A DNA stretch of 64,000 nt. Source: Steroidobacteraceae bacterium. GTDB taxonomy: Bacteria; Pseudomonadota; Gammaproteobacteria; Steroidobacterales; Steroidobacteraceae. The stretch lies in contig DATMOK010000027.1 in the NCBI GenBank assembly GCA_035568235.1, forward strand, positions 11,132 through 75,131. Reading direction: 5' to 3'. Of this stretch, positions 45,029 through 54,796 are shown one piece after another (the stretch's first letter is position 1; each line of letters opens with the position of its first letter). The position numbers and the translations under genes were made by a program. The notes below the pieces were generated by a model, which worked only from the letters and a program-made list of their open reading frames with translations, was not told the DNA's origin and searched no databases.

Positions 45029-46282
45029 TCAGCTCTCCTGGTGCGCGGCTTGGCTTCCCGCGCGCGTGTAGAAGACCCCGGGGAGCGAGACGATACGCGA
45101 GAAGCCGAGCGCATCCGCCGCCGACCATTCCCCGGCCGCCTCGCCGTACACGCCGCGCGAAGCGGCCATCAGCGAGAACGGCGACTCGACACCCTCGATG
45201 AAGAGACTCCCGGTCTGCAGCTTGAAGCGCACCTCGCCCGTCACGCGCTCCTGGGATGACATGAGCAGCGCCTCGATGTCGCGGCACACCGGATCCAGCA
45301 GCTGGCCCTCGTGCACCAGATCGCCGTACGGCTGCGCGAGCTGCTCCTTGATGCGCTGCTGGCGGGCGGTGAGGGTGAGCTTCTCGAGCTCGCGGTGCGC
45401 CGTGAGCAGCACCTCCGCGGCCGGCGCCTCGAAGGCCACCCGCCCCTTGGTGCCGATGATCGTATCGCCGAGATGAATGCCGCGGCCGATGCCGAAGGGC
45501 GCGGCGAGCGCCTCCAGCGCCTCGACGATCGCGACCGGCGAGCCCTCACGGCCGTCGAGCGCCGTGGGCCGCCCTTTGACGAACGACAGCACGTGACGCT
45601 CCTCCTGGCGTGCGCGGGCGAAAGCATCACGGGTGAGGAGCCAGGCGTCCTCGGGGATGCTGCCCGCCGAGGTGAGCGTCTCCTTGCCGCCGATGGTGAC
45701 GCCCCAGAGTCCTCGATTCACCGAGTAGGCCGCGCCGGTCGGCGGGACCGGGAGCCCCCGGGCCTTGAGGTACTCGAGCTCCTCCTGGCGCTTGAAGGCG
45801 CGGTCGCGCACCGGCGCCAGCACGGCGAGGTCGGGCGCGAGGGTGCGCAGCGCCACCTCGAAACGTACCTGGTCATTGCCGGCCGCCGTGCAGCCGTGTG
45901 CCACCGTGTCGGACTTGAGCTCGCGCGCCATGCGCGCGATGGTCTGCGCCTGCATGACGCGCTCAGCGCCCACACACAGCGGATAGAGCGCCCCGCGCCG
46001 CACGTTCCCCATGATGAGAAAGCGCAGCACCTGCTCGAAATACGCCGCACGCGCATCGACCTGGTGGTGGGCGATGGCACCGAGCTCGCGCGCGCGCTCC
46101 TCGAGCGCGTGCGCGGCGGGGGCGTCGATGCCGCCGGTATCGACCGTCACCGTGATCACCGGGCGGTGCTGTGTGGCGGCGATCCATGGCACCAGGAACG
46201 AGGTGTCGAGGCCGCCGGAGTAGGCGAGAACGATGGGGGTGCTGCCCCCGGACGGGGCGCCTGGGCTCACTTCGTGGGGCAT
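45029..46282 (-). CDS. argG: Argininosuccinate synthase
   Basis: The N-type ATP-pyrophosphatase motif LAYSGGLDTS is present, along with other family blocks (GCTAAGNDQVRFE). Confidence 0.9.
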   Translation of the reverse strand: MPHEVSPGAPSGGSTPIVLAYSGGLDTSFLVPWIAATQHRPVITVTVDTGGIDAPAAHALEERARELGAIAHHQVDARAAYFEQVLRFLIMGNVRRGALYPLCVGAERVMQAQTIARMARELKSDTVAHGCTAAGNDQVRFEVALRTLAPDLAVLAPVRDRAFKRQEELEYLKARGLPVPPTGAAYSVNRGLWGVTIGGKETLTSAGSIPEDAWLLTRDAFARARQEERHVLSFVKGRPTALDGREGSPVAIVEALEALAAPFGIGRGIHLGDTIIGTKGRVAFEAPAAEVLLTAHRELEKLTLTARQQRIKEQLAQPYGDLVHEGQLLDPVCRDIEALLMSSQERVTGEVRFKLQTGSLFIEGVESPFSLMAASRGVYGEAAGEWSAADALGFSRIVSLPGVFYTRAGSQAAHQES

Positions 46283-46284
46283 GG

Positions 46285-46737
46285 TCAGATTCCGAACAGG
46301 GTACGGAGGCGCGCGAGGAGCTCGTCCTGCCCGCGCGCATTGGCGGTGGCGATGAAGATGGTGTCATCGCCGGAGATGGTGCCGGCGACTTCGGGCCACT
46401 CGGCCTTGTCGATCGCCACGGCGACCGACTGCGCCGCGCCGATGGTGGTGCGCAGCACGGTGATCGAGGGGCCGGCGCGGCGCAGCTCGCGCACGAACTG
46501 CGCCAGAGTGCCGAAGTCGCCGTTAGCGCGCGTCAGCTCATCGGGCGGCAGCACGTAGCCGCCGCTCGCCTTGAGCACGCCGAGCTCGCGCAGGTCGCGG
46601 CTGATCGAGGACTGGGTCGCATCCAACCCTTCCTTTCTGAGCAGCCGCACCAGGTCATGCTGCTTGCGCACGGCGCCCGAGCGCAGGATGCGCACGATGG
46701 CGCCGCGGCGCTGCAGTTGTTGCGTGTCGCTCAGCAT
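46285..46737 (-). CDS. argR: Arginine repressor
   Basis: 150 aa. The wHTH reads LVRLLRKEGLDATQSSISRDLRELG and the C-terminal oligomerisation/arginine-binding part has GTISGDDTIFI. Its stop lies 2 nt from the argG start. Confidence 0.85.
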   Translation of the reverse strand: MLSDTQQLQRRGAIVRILRSGAVRKQHDLVRLLRKEGLDATQSSISRDLRELGVLKASGGYVLPPDELTRANGDFGTLAQFVRELRRAGPSITVLRTTIGAAQSVAVAIDKAEWPEVAGTISGDDTIFIATANARGQDELLARLRTLFGI

Positions 46738-46750
46738 GCAGGGATTCGCC

Positions 46751-46789
46751 TAGGCATAAATATGCGATTATTGTGCATATTAATGCAAT
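46751..46789. promoter_or_regulatory. Tandem ARG-box-like operators (two 18-bp imperfect palindromes separated by 3 bp)
   Basis: The two boxes are TAGGCATAAATATGCGAT and TGTGCATATTAATGCAAT, with TGCAT/ATGCA half-sites. Their centres are 21 bp apart. They lie directly upstream of argR in the only AT-rich patch of this intergenic region. Confidence 0.55.
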
Positions 46790-46874
46790 GGAGTCAAGAC
46801 GCGGGCAACCGTGGGCTAGAATCCCGCGCCAGCGCCGCCGTCCCGGCGCCGCACATTCTTCAGGGGGGCTCTCC

Positions 46875-47351
46875 ATGCAATCACGACGCCCGATGCGCGC
46901 CCGCCGCGCCGTGCTGTTCGCCGCTGCCACCGGCCTGTCATTCGCCCTGTACGCGCAGACGCTCGGCCTGTCGCCCGGCATGTATGAATTCACCAGCACC
47001 ATGGACATGCAGCTGCCGCCCGACGTGGCGGCGAAGCTGCCGCCGCAGGCGCTGGCGATGATGCAGAAGCCGAACGTGACGCAGCACTGCATCAGCCAGT
47101 CGGACGTCGATCACGTCAGTCAGCAGATTGCGCAGGGCCAGAGCAATCAGCCGCAGAACTGCCAGATCACCGAGCACTCGGTGAGCGGCGGGCAGGTGAA
47201 GTTCACCACCCAGTGCGGCAAGCGGGTCGCGCACTTCGAGGGCACCTTCGCCTCCGACTCCTTCCAGGGCACCATGGTCTCGACCAGCGACAAGGGGCAG
47301 ACGGTCACCATCAAGATGTCGGCGCACCGCATCGGCGACTGCAGCAAGTAG
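46875..47351 (+). CDS. DUF3617 domain protein (secreted)
   Basis: I chose the ATG at 46875. It has a signal peptide, PGMYEF near the N-terminus of the mature protein, conserved Cys residues and the C-terminal RIGDC. Confidence 0.7.
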   Translation: MQSRRPMRARRAVLFAAATGLSFALYAQTLGLSPGMYEFTSTMDMQLPPDVAAKLPPQALAMMQKPNVTQHCISQSDVDHVSQQIAQGQSNQPQNCQITEHSVSGGQVKFTTQCGKRVAHFEGTFASDSFQGTMVSTSDKGQTVTIKMSAHRIGDCSK

Positions 47352-47362
47352 CCGCTGCGCGG

Positions 47363-50300
47363 CTACTTGGTGATCGAGTAGACGAGGTCCGCGCCGCGCG
47401 CGGTGCCGAGCTCGGTTTTGATGACCCAGTGGTCGCCGAGCGTGTAGCGGAGCTTGAGGGTGTTCAGCGTCTCGGTGATGCTCACGCCGTAGCTCACGTA
47501 CAGGCGCGGCGTGAGATAGTGGCCGAGCACCAGCGAGGTCTCGTTGGCGATCGGGTCGGTTTCGAGGCTGACATCGGGCAGGCCGACGCGTTGGCCGAGC
47601 TGCGCGGCGAGCAGCGCGGCACCCTGGCCGAGCGCTGCATTGCCCGCGGTCTGTGCCGACTGCGGCGAGCCACCCGAGAGGATGAGCGACACGATCTGTG
47701 ACTGCGGCAGCGGCGGGTCGGAGAAGAACGACATGCGCGGCTGCTGCAGCGTGCCGCGCACGTTGATACCGGCGGTCACGTCCGGGAACTCCTTGATGGC
47801 GCGCAGATCGATGCCCGGGTCATCGACCGCCCCACCGGTGAATATCAGCCGGCCGCGCTGGATGTCCAGCTTGCGCGCGTACGCGAGGTACTTGCCGTCG
47901 GCCACCGACAGCTCGCCGGTCGCGCGTGTGATCGCGTCGTAGCCGCTCCTGATGGTGACGGCGCCGGTGAGGCGGCCGGTGAGCCCCGAGGTGTCCACCG
48001 TCACCTTGTCGCCGAGGGTGAGCGTGATGGTGCTCATCACCTCGAAGCGCTCGGCGGGATTTTCCGGCTCGCTGCCGACGATCACCTCGTCCGGCGAGGT
48101 GCGCACCGCGTTGGTGATGTCCTTGGGTTGGATCTTCGCGAACGGCACCGTCACCTTGCCGGTCACCTCGATGCGTCTGCCCTGAACGTCGAAGTCGAGG
48201 TTCGGCGAGGCGTCGATCTGCGCCTCGGGAGTATCCGCTACCCGCAGGCTCGTGCCCTCGAGGTGGAATTTGCCGTACGGCAGCAGGTTGTGCCACTCGA
48301 GATGACCGTTCGCGGCCGCGCTGCCCGCGCCCGCGTGCGCGCTGCCTTTGAAGTCGAGGCCGCCGTTGTCGAGGTTTACCTCGAGCGCCGCCTGGCGCAG
48401 AGCGAGATTCACCTGGTAGAGGTCGAGCTCGCCGTTGACGACTTTCAGTGTGCCGTTCATGAGCGGCGCGCCGAGTGTGCCGCTGATGTTCACGTCGGTG
48501 TGCAGCTGGCCCGAGGCGCGGTCGATATCGGGGAAGTACAGCGACAGCAGGCCGAGATTCGAGGTCTCAGCGTGCAGCGCGCCGCTGAGCGGCATGTCCT
48601 GCCAGCGCGGGCTGCCGCGTTGCGCATCGACGCGCGCGCGGATGGTGCCGACGTCGCCGTTCTCGAGTACCGCGGCGACGCTGACTGCCTCGGGCGTGGC
48701 GCTCGCGGTCACGGTCCCCGAGCCGATGCGGCTGTGCTCGATCTTGCGGCTTGCCAGTCGGTGCGACAGCACCGCGTCGGCGAGCTGGGCGCGAAGCGTT
48801 CCCGTAATGGGGGTGTGCGCGCCGCCGGCTGCCCGTGCCAGCAGGTCGACCGTGCCCTGGTACTGCACGGCCGGTGTCATGCCGGCGGTGAGCGCCGACA
48901 GCGGCAGCTGGTTGCTCATCAGCGTGGCGGACCAGTGCTGCGGGCTCCAGTCGGCATCTGCGCACACGCTGCCCGGCGTTCCGGCGAGACACAGCCACTC
49001 GACCCGCAGCCGCTCGGGCGATGCCAGCAGGCCCACCGGATGCTCGAGGGCGAGATCAAGCGCATCGCGCCCCTTCACGGCGAGCGAATCGAGCTGACCC
49101 TGGAAGAGGCGGTGCGCGTAGGCGCCGTCGGCCTGCGCGGTCAGCGCGAGTCCCTGGGCCTCGGCCTCGAGATGCACCCGGGTGCTGGCCGGCGGACCGT
49201 TCACGGTGAGGGCCGCCTTGTCGAGCGTGTGGCCCGCGTAGCTCAACCCACTCAGGCGCGCGTCGATCTTCGCTGCGTGCGTCGGGTCGCTGGCGTCGAA
49301 GTCGACGTCCGCGTCCAGCTGCCCGAGATCGACCCCCGCGTAACTCAGCCCGCGGCCGTGGGCGCTGGCCGCGACCGCCGGCTCCGCGGCGGTACCGCGC
49401 ACCGTGCCGGAAGCGTCGAGCTGGCCGCGGCCGCCGACGCCGAGCAGGCTTAAGTCGGAGCTGGCGATCGCGAAGCGCAAATCGAGTCTGTCAGCCGCCT
49501 GTCCGTCGAGCGAGAGCGTCGTGCCGCCGAGCGCCACACGTACGCGCTCGAAGCGCCAGCCGTCGGAGGAGTGCTCGAGCGATCCGCCGCCGCTCGCCCG
49601 CGTGCCGCGCAGCTTGCCGCTCAGGGATTGAATCGTGACCCGAAGCTCCCCCTTGGGATCGAAGCCGCGCCCCGAGGCATTGAGTGAGAAGTTCAGGCTC
49701 CCCGGGAGATCGGCGCGCAGCGTCGCCGGATTGATGCCGGTGAGCTGCCCGCTCACCGACCAGGTGTCGTGCGGCGTCCACTCCACCGCGCCCGTGACTT
49801 CGGCATGGCCGTCGAAGAGATCCACAGCGGCGTGCTCGAAGGCGAAGCTGTCCTTGCCGAGAGTGCCCGTGACCTCGATGGGGCTCGGGGGGAGCCCGGC
49901 GGCGCTCGCCTCTCCTTTCGCGTGCACGTGGTAGGGCAGCAGGCCCTCGAGCGTGAAGCTTCCCGAGGCGCTCTTCAGCGCCGGGTCGTGCCCGGTGAGC
50001 GGCCAGCGAAAGTCCTCCCAGTTGCCCGCGATGTCGAGTCGCGGGCCGTTGGGAACGATGGTGAAAGTGCCCGAGCCCTGCGCGCGTGCACCCGAGGCCT
50101 CGTGACGCGCCTCCATGTGCCGCGCGGTGAGCGTATGGCCGGCAAACGCACCCTCGAAGCGCGCCTGGAAGCTGCCGGCACGCAGCCCCGTCGGGTCGAC
50201 GGTGCCACGGCCGGTGAAGCCGTGCTCATCCCAGCCGACCGCCAGGTGCGCTGTCATCACCCCGAGCGGCCCGGAGATGCCCCAGGCCCGCAGGTCGAAG

Positions 50301-51082
50301 TTCTGTACCGCTGCATTGCCCTGGATGTGCCAGCGGTTGGTGAGATCGAGCGCCGCCCCGGTGAAGTCGGCGCGGAACGGGCTGAGCGCGTGCGCCGTGA
50401 GCATGAGCGCTTTGAGGTTGCCCTTTGCCGTGCCGTCGACGCTCCAGGCGGGCTGTCCGGCCGGTGCCCAGTCGAGGTGTCCCTGGCCCTCGATCCCGAG
50501 CGGATCGCGCGCGCGCAGCTCGCCGATCGCGTTCACGTCGGCGTCGAAGAGGCGGCCCTGTGCCTGGAAGAAGCGGATGGTGCGATGGCGCAGCACCGCG
50601 ACGGTCGTGATGTGCGTGGCCTCGAGCCGCACACCGTTGTACACCGTGAGCACCGCGTCATCGACCGTGGCGTGCTCAGCGCTGATCAGCAGCCAGCGCG
50701 GCACGAACGGCGGCATCGGCGACGGTGTGGGCGGATGGGTACGCCGCTTAACCTCGATGAGCGCGGTGTGGACCGAGGCCTCGGGGGAGCGGATGGTCTG
50801 CAGCAGCAGCGGGGCGAGCGCCACGCGCCCGTCTATCCCGGTGAACGTCAGGTGTACGAGCTCGTGGTCGATCTCGACGCGATCGACGTGCAGCCCGCTC
50901 GCGATCGTGCCGCGCACGCCGACGATCGTGAGGCGCACGGGACCTAAGTGCTCGGGGATATGCCGCACCACGAACTGCAGTCCCGACTGCGTGAACACGG
51001 CGCACACGACCAGCGTCGCGGGCACCACCACCACGATGAGCACCAGCAGGCAGGCGGCGAAGAGGATCAGCAGGCGGCGCAT
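47363..51082 (-). CDS. tamB: Translocation and assembly module inner-membrane subunit TamB (DUF490)
   Basis: The ATG at 51082 gives an N-terminal TM anchor (MRRLLILFAACLLVLIVVVV). The 1239-aa protein is beta-rich with a DUF490-like C-terminus. It lies 13 nt downstream of tamA. Confidence 0.9.
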   Translation of the reverse strand: MRRLLILFAACLLVLIVVVVPATLVVCAVFTQSGLQFVVRHIPEHLGPVRLTIVGVRGTIASGLHVDRVEIDHELVHLTFTGIDGRVALAPLLLQTIRSPEASVHTALIEVKRRTHPPTPSPMPPFVPRWLLISAEHATVDDAVLTVYNGVRLEATHITTVAVLRHRTIRFFQAQGRLFDADVNAIGELRARDPLGIEGQGHLDWAPAGQPAWSVDGTAKGNLKALMLTAHALSPFRADFTGAALDLTNRWHIQGNAAVQNFDLRAWGISGPLGVMTAHLAVGWDEHGFTGRGTVDPTGLRAGSFQARFEGAFAGHTLTARHMEARHEASGARAQGSGTFTIVPNGPRLDIAGNWEDFRWPLTGHDPALKSASGSFTLEGLLPYHVHAKGEASAAGLPPSPIEVTGTLGKDSFAFEHAAVDLFDGHAEVTGAVEWTPHDTWSVSGQLTGINPATLRADLPGSLNFSLNASGRGFDPKGELRVTIQSLSGKLRGTRASGGGSLEHSSDGWRFERVRVALGGTTLSLDGQAADRLDLRFAIASSDLSLLGVGGRGQLDASGTVRGTAAEPAVAASAHGRGLSYAGVDLGQLDADVDFDASDPTHAAKIDARLSGLSYAGHTLDKAALTVNGPPASTRVHLEAEAQGLALTAQADGAYAHRLFQGQLDSLAVKGRDALDLALEHPVGLLASPERLRVEWLCLAGTPGSVCADADWSPQHWSATLMSNQLPLSALTAGMTPAVQYQGTVDLLARAAGGAHTPITGTLRAQLADAVLSHRLASRKIEHSRIGSGTVTASATPEAVSVAAVLENGDVGTIRARVDAQRGSPRWQDMPLSGALHAETSNLGLLSLYFPDIDRASGQLHTDVNISGTLGAPLMNGTLKVVNGELDLYQVNLALRQAALEVNLDNGGLDFKGSAHAGAGSAAANGHLEWHNLLPYGKFHLEGTSLRVADTPEAQIDASPNLDFDVQGRRIEVTGKVTVPFAKIQPKDITNAVRTSPDEVIVGSEPENPAERFEVMSTITLTLGDKVTVDTSGLTGRLTGAVTIRSGYDAITRATGELSVADGKYLAYARKLDIQRGRLIFTGGAVDDPGIDLRAIKEFPDVTAGINVRGTLQQPRMSFFSDPPLPQSQIVSLILSGGSPQSAQTAGNAALGQGAALLAAQLGQRVGLPDVSLETDPIANETSLVLGHYLTPRLYVSYGVSITETLNTLKLRYTLGDHWVIKTELGTARGADLVYSITK

Positions 51083-51095
51083 GAGGTACCGCCGC

Positions 51096-52955
51096 TCACA
51101 GCTTGGGCGAGAAGTTGATGTGCAGGCGTGGGCCGGCACCGGGGTTATTGATGGGCTGCGCCACGTCGATGCCGAGCGTCAGCCACGGCGTGCGGAACCG
51201 CACCCCGACGCCCGCCGAATAGAACAGCTTGGTGCCGAAGTGATCGAAGGCATTGCCGTAGTCGACGAAGGTCGCGATCCCGAGGTTGCGCGGCAGGTCG
51301 TGGACCACCTCCACCGTGCCGGTGATCAGATCCTTGCCTCCGACCCGGATGTAGCCGCCGATGCTCTGGCAGGTGCCATTCGCGGTGAGCAGGAACTTGC
51401 CGTTCGGACCCACGGTGCAGAACGGCTCGGTGGGCGAGAGCTGATTGTAGTAGAAGCCGCGCACGCTGTTGTCGCCGCCGGCGAAGAAGCGATAGACCGC
51501 GGGCAGCTCCGAGAACCGCGACACCAGGCTCGCCCCCGCCTCCTCGCGCAGCAGCAGGTGCCACGGGCCGCCGAGGTGGAACACGTTCTCGAGCTGCGCG
51601 TGCAGCTGGATGAAGTTGGAGTCCGACCCCAGCACCGCGTCCGAACCGCGCAGCGTCGCGACGAAGGGGTATTCGAACAGCGGCTCGCCGAGATAGTCCT
51701 TGGGCACCGAGGCGAGATCCACCTCCGGCACCAGCAGCCGGTCGGTGGTCGTGCCGTTGATGTCCTCGCTGGTGGTGCGCACCGCGAACAGCTTCCACAC
51801 GTGCTGCCAGCCGTTGGATACCACGGTGAAGCTCGGCCCCGCCGACAGGGTATAGGCGGTCACGTCGGCGAGGATCTGCTGCTCGATGCTGCCATTGAGC
51901 GCGAAGTGCTCGAGCGCCGGGTCGCCCACCGGGAAGATGTAGGCGGTCTGGACCGCGTAGCGCGTGATCTGGGCGAACTGCAGCTGGGCGTTGAAGCTCT
52001 GACCGTTGTCGTTGATCCGATGGTCCTCGAAGCCGAGCGTGGCGCGGGCGCCGGTGTCGGTGGCGTAGCCGGCACCGACCGAATAGCGATGCCGGCGGTT
52101 GGGGTCGGCGTGGATGTCGACCGCCACGCGATGCGTGGCGGGATCCGGAGTGCCGGGGCGTACCTCGAGGTTGGCGAAGTACTGCGTGTCATCGAGCGCG
52201 AACTGCGTGCGCAGCACCTGCGTGAGATCGAACAGGTCGCCCTCGTGGTAGCGCAGGTAGCGCCGCACCAGGCTCTCCTTGATCACGTGCTGCTCGACCG
52301 TGGTGGGTCCGAAGCGGTAGCGCTCGCCGGTCTCCATCTCGAGTGCGATGCTCGAGGTGTAGTGCGGCGGGTCGACCAGCAGCTCGTTGCGGGTCAGCTT
52401 GGCGTCGAAGTAGCCGTAGGTGGCGGCGGTACGCTGCAGGTCGGCCTTGAGCGCATCGTACGCGGGCTGGTTGAGGCGCTCGCCGCGCGTCAGCAGCGGG
52501 TGCGAAAGGATGCGCGTAAAGAGCGGATCGTTCTCGCCCCGACCGGTCACCCTGACGATGATGTTGCCCACCAGCACCGGCCGCCCCGGCTTGATGTCGA
52601 CGACCACGCGCCACTCGCCCTTGCCGAGATCGGTGACGGTGGAGTCGACCTGCGGCTCGTAGTAGCCGAACGGGCGCAGCGCCTCCTGCACCTCGCGCTC
52701 TACCCGGTTGTGCAGCCGCTCGATCATGTCGGCGTTGAGCTCGACGCCGCCCTTCTTGTAACGCTCGAAGGAGAGGTATGCGAGCACGTTGGAGCGCAGC
52801 GTCTCGTCCACGCCGCGCACCTCGACGTTGACGCCGGCGGCCGCCCACGCCGCCCCGGCCGCGAGACTCACGAGCACGGCGAATGCAGCCACGGCGGCCA
52901 CCGGACCTCGCCGGTGCCTGCGGCGAGCCCGAGGCTTGACTGTGCGCTGCGTCAT
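51096..52955 (-). CDS. tamA: Translocation and assembly module outer-membrane subunit TamA (Omp85 family)
   Basis: It has a signal peptide, POTRA-like repeats and a C-terminal Omp85 barrel ending INFSPKL. Confidence 0.9.
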   Translation of the reverse strand: MTQRTVKPRARRRHRRGPVAAVAAFAVLVSLAAGAAWAAAGVNVEVRGVDETLRSNVLAYLSFERYKKGGVELNADMIERLHNRVEREVQEALRPFGYYEPQVDSTVTDLGKGEWRVVVDIKPGRPVLVGNIIVRVTGRGENDPLFTRILSHPLLTRGERLNQPAYDALKADLQRTAATYGYFDAKLTRNELLVDPPHYTSSIALEMETGERYRFGPTTVEQHVIKESLVRRYLRYHEGDLFDLTQVLRTQFALDDTQYFANLEVRPGTPDPATHRVAVDIHADPNRRHRYSVGAGYATDTGARATLGFEDHRINDNGQSFNAQLQFAQITRYAVQTAYIFPVGDPALEHFALNGSIEQQILADVTAYTLSAGPSFTVVSNGWQHVWKLFAVRTTSEDINGTTTDRLLVPEVDLASVPKDYLGEPLFEYPFVATLRGSDAVLGSDSNFIQLHAQLENVFHLGGPWHLLLREEAGASLVSRFSELPAVYRFFAGGDNSVRGFYYNQLSPTEPFCTVGPNGKFLLTANGTCQSIGGYIRVGGKDLITGTVEVVHDLPRNLGIATFVDYGNAFDHFGTKLFYSAGVGVRFRTPWLTLGIDVAQPINNPGAGPRLHINFSPKL

Positions 52956-53072
52956 CTCGACGTGCAGTCAGGAAGAGGAGGGAATTCTAGAGGCTCGTGA
53001 GCACACTCGCTCGGCGCTCTTTATATGAGAGCGGGCGGCGCCGCGGCGGTTCCGTGCCCGCGCCGCGATCCG

Positions 53073-53855
53073 CTACGGCCACTCCCCCGCGTTCAGCTGG
53101 AAGTCAGCTTCACCGGCTGGCTCGCCCGCGGCATCGAAGCGCCGCTCGCCGAGGTACAGTCCGCCGTCGGGCTCAAGCAGCACGACCGTCGAGCAGCGCG
53201 TCCCATAGGTCGGATGGACAACGAAGGGCGCCGACAGGATCCGGTCCCAGTCGCGCGGCAGCCCGCCCCGCGGCAGCTGCGCGCCGCCATCGACCGCCTG
53301 GGTGCGGTCGGCGAGCAGGGCGAAGAGGTCGGCGGCTGCCGCCTGCGGCTGCTCGAGCCAGTGCCTGAAGCGCGCCTTGACGCGCAGCAGTTTCGGCCAC
53401 GGCGTATCGAGCAGCTCGTTCGACAGTCCGTACACTCCCGGCGGCAGAGCGCGCGCGAACGGCTGGGCGCGGTTCGAGCCGTACCACAGCGCCTCGCGAT
53501 CGGCGAGCAGCAGGTTGAAGCCGGAGTAGTCGCCGGCGAGCGCCTCGAGGTGGCGGAAGAACTCTGCGGGGCGCGCCGTTCCGGTGAGGTAATGCGGAAT
53601 GAGATTGCCGCGCGAGGGAGCCTGCGGCCGCGGCGCCTGCAGCTCGCGGAAGTTGGTCACGACGCCAAAGCGTCGCGCCGGATCGAGCGCCAGCCAGGCG
53701 CCGTTGGCGCGCAGGTCGCGGCCGGCGAGGATGCCGGGCGGCTGCCGCCACTTGCCGAGCGGTGCCGCGGGCCGCGCGTGGTACTCGTCGCGGTTGGCGG
53801 CCACCACGAGCCGATAGCGCGGGTGTGCCTCCCAGGCAAGCACCAGCAGGCACAC
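53073..53855 (-). CDS. NRDE family protein (TANGO2/DUF833-like)
   Basis: The N-terminus is MCLLVLAW...VVAANRDE. The start codon is GTG. Confidence 0.85.
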   Translation of the reverse strand: MCLLVLAWEAHPRYRLVVAANRDEYHARPAAPLGKWRQPPGILAGRDLRANGAWLALDPARRFGVVTNFRELQAPRPQAPSRGNLIPHYLTGTARPAEFFRHLEALAGDYSGFNLLLADREALWYGSNRAQPFARALPPGVYGLSNELLDTPWPKLLRVKARFRHWLEQPQAAAADLFALLADRTQAVDGGAQLPRGGLPRDWDRILSAPFVVHPTYGTRCSTVVLLEPDGGLYLGERRFDAAGEPAGEADFQLNAGEWP

Positions 53856-53862
53856 GCGCGGC

Positions 53863-54756
53863 CTACCCGCCCTCGAGCCAGCCGGAAATCAACCGCCAGG
53901 AGATCGAGTGCGAGGGCGGTGCGAGTGCCTCGCCCGAGGTGAGCTGCGCGCGCGTGAACCAGCGCGCGTCCTCGAGCTCACCGCCCACCCGCACCGCGCT
54001 CCCCAGGGCGGCGCTCGCGCGGAAGCCGAGCATCAGCGAAGAGGGGAACGGCCAGGGTTGGGATGAGTCGTAGCGCGCGTCCGTGACGCGCACGCCGGTC
54101 TCCTCCTCGACCTCGCGCGCCACCGCGTCCTCGAGGCTCTCGCCCGGCTCGACGAAGCCGGCGATGGTCGAATAGCGGCGCACCGGCCAGCTCGCCTGGC
54201 GCCCGAGCAGTGCCCGCTCGCCATCCGACACCAGCACGATGATCGCCGGGTCGATGCGCGGGAAGAACTCCTCGGCGCAGTCCGGGTTGCTGCAGTTGAG
54301 GCAGTGGCCGCCGCGGGTCGGCTTGGTGGGCGCGCCGCACACGCCGCAGTGCTGCGTGCGCGCGCGCCACACGGACAGCGCGCGCGCATACGCCAGCAGG
54401 CCCGCCTCGTCGGCGGGCAGCAGCGCCGACAGCGGCCGCAGCTCCTCGAAACGGGTGCCGGCGGGCGCCTCCGCGTCGCGCTCGCGCGGCAGCGTGATCA
54501 GCACGCAGCGCGCGCCGCCGAACCAGCCGAGCAGCGTCAGGCTGGCGGCGGGCGCGGAGCGCACCAGCGGCACCTCGCGCGTCAGCAGCGCCGCGCGCGG
54601 CGGGTCGCCGCTCATGAGTTGCGCCGTGTCGCGCGACACCAGGTAGCGGCTGCCGGTGTCGGCCCAGGCCGCCGCGATCCACTCCGGGTCCTCGCGCGCC
54701 TCGGCGCGCCGCTCGAGGTAGGGGCCTGCGAAGAAGTTGGGCTCGGGAGGATTCAC
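53863..54756 (-). CDS. nudC: NAD(+) diphosphatase (NADH pyrophosphatase)
   Basis: The zinc ribbon is CGVCGAPT...CLNCSNPDC. The Nudix box is GFVEPGESLEDAVAREVEEETGV. The NudC-specific SQPWPFPSS motif is present. The start codon is GTG. Confidence 0.85.
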   Translation of the reverse strand: MNPPEPNFFAGPYLERRAEAREDPEWIAAAWADTGSRYLVSRDTAQLMSGDPPRAALLTREVPLVRSAPAASLTLLGWFGGARCVLITLPRERDAEAPAGTRFEELRPLSALLPADEAGLLAYARALSVWRARTQHCGVCGAPTKPTRGGHCLNCSNPDCAEEFFPRIDPAIIVLVSDGERALLGRQASWPVRRYSTIAGFVEPGESLEDAVAREVEEETGVRVTDARYDSSQPWPFPSSLMLGFRASAALGSAVRVGGELEDARWFTRAQLTSGEALAPPSHSISWRLISGWLEGG

Positions 54757-54796
54757 TTAGCGCCGTTCACCCGCGACAAGGTGGCGGCGCATTCTA

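Noticed and set aside
50115-53000. A 961-aa plus-strand ORF spanning the tamB/tamA region.
   Set aside because: It is antisense to two well-supported genes (TamB and TamA). Its composition is dominated by Arg, Ala, Gly and Val and it has no motifs.
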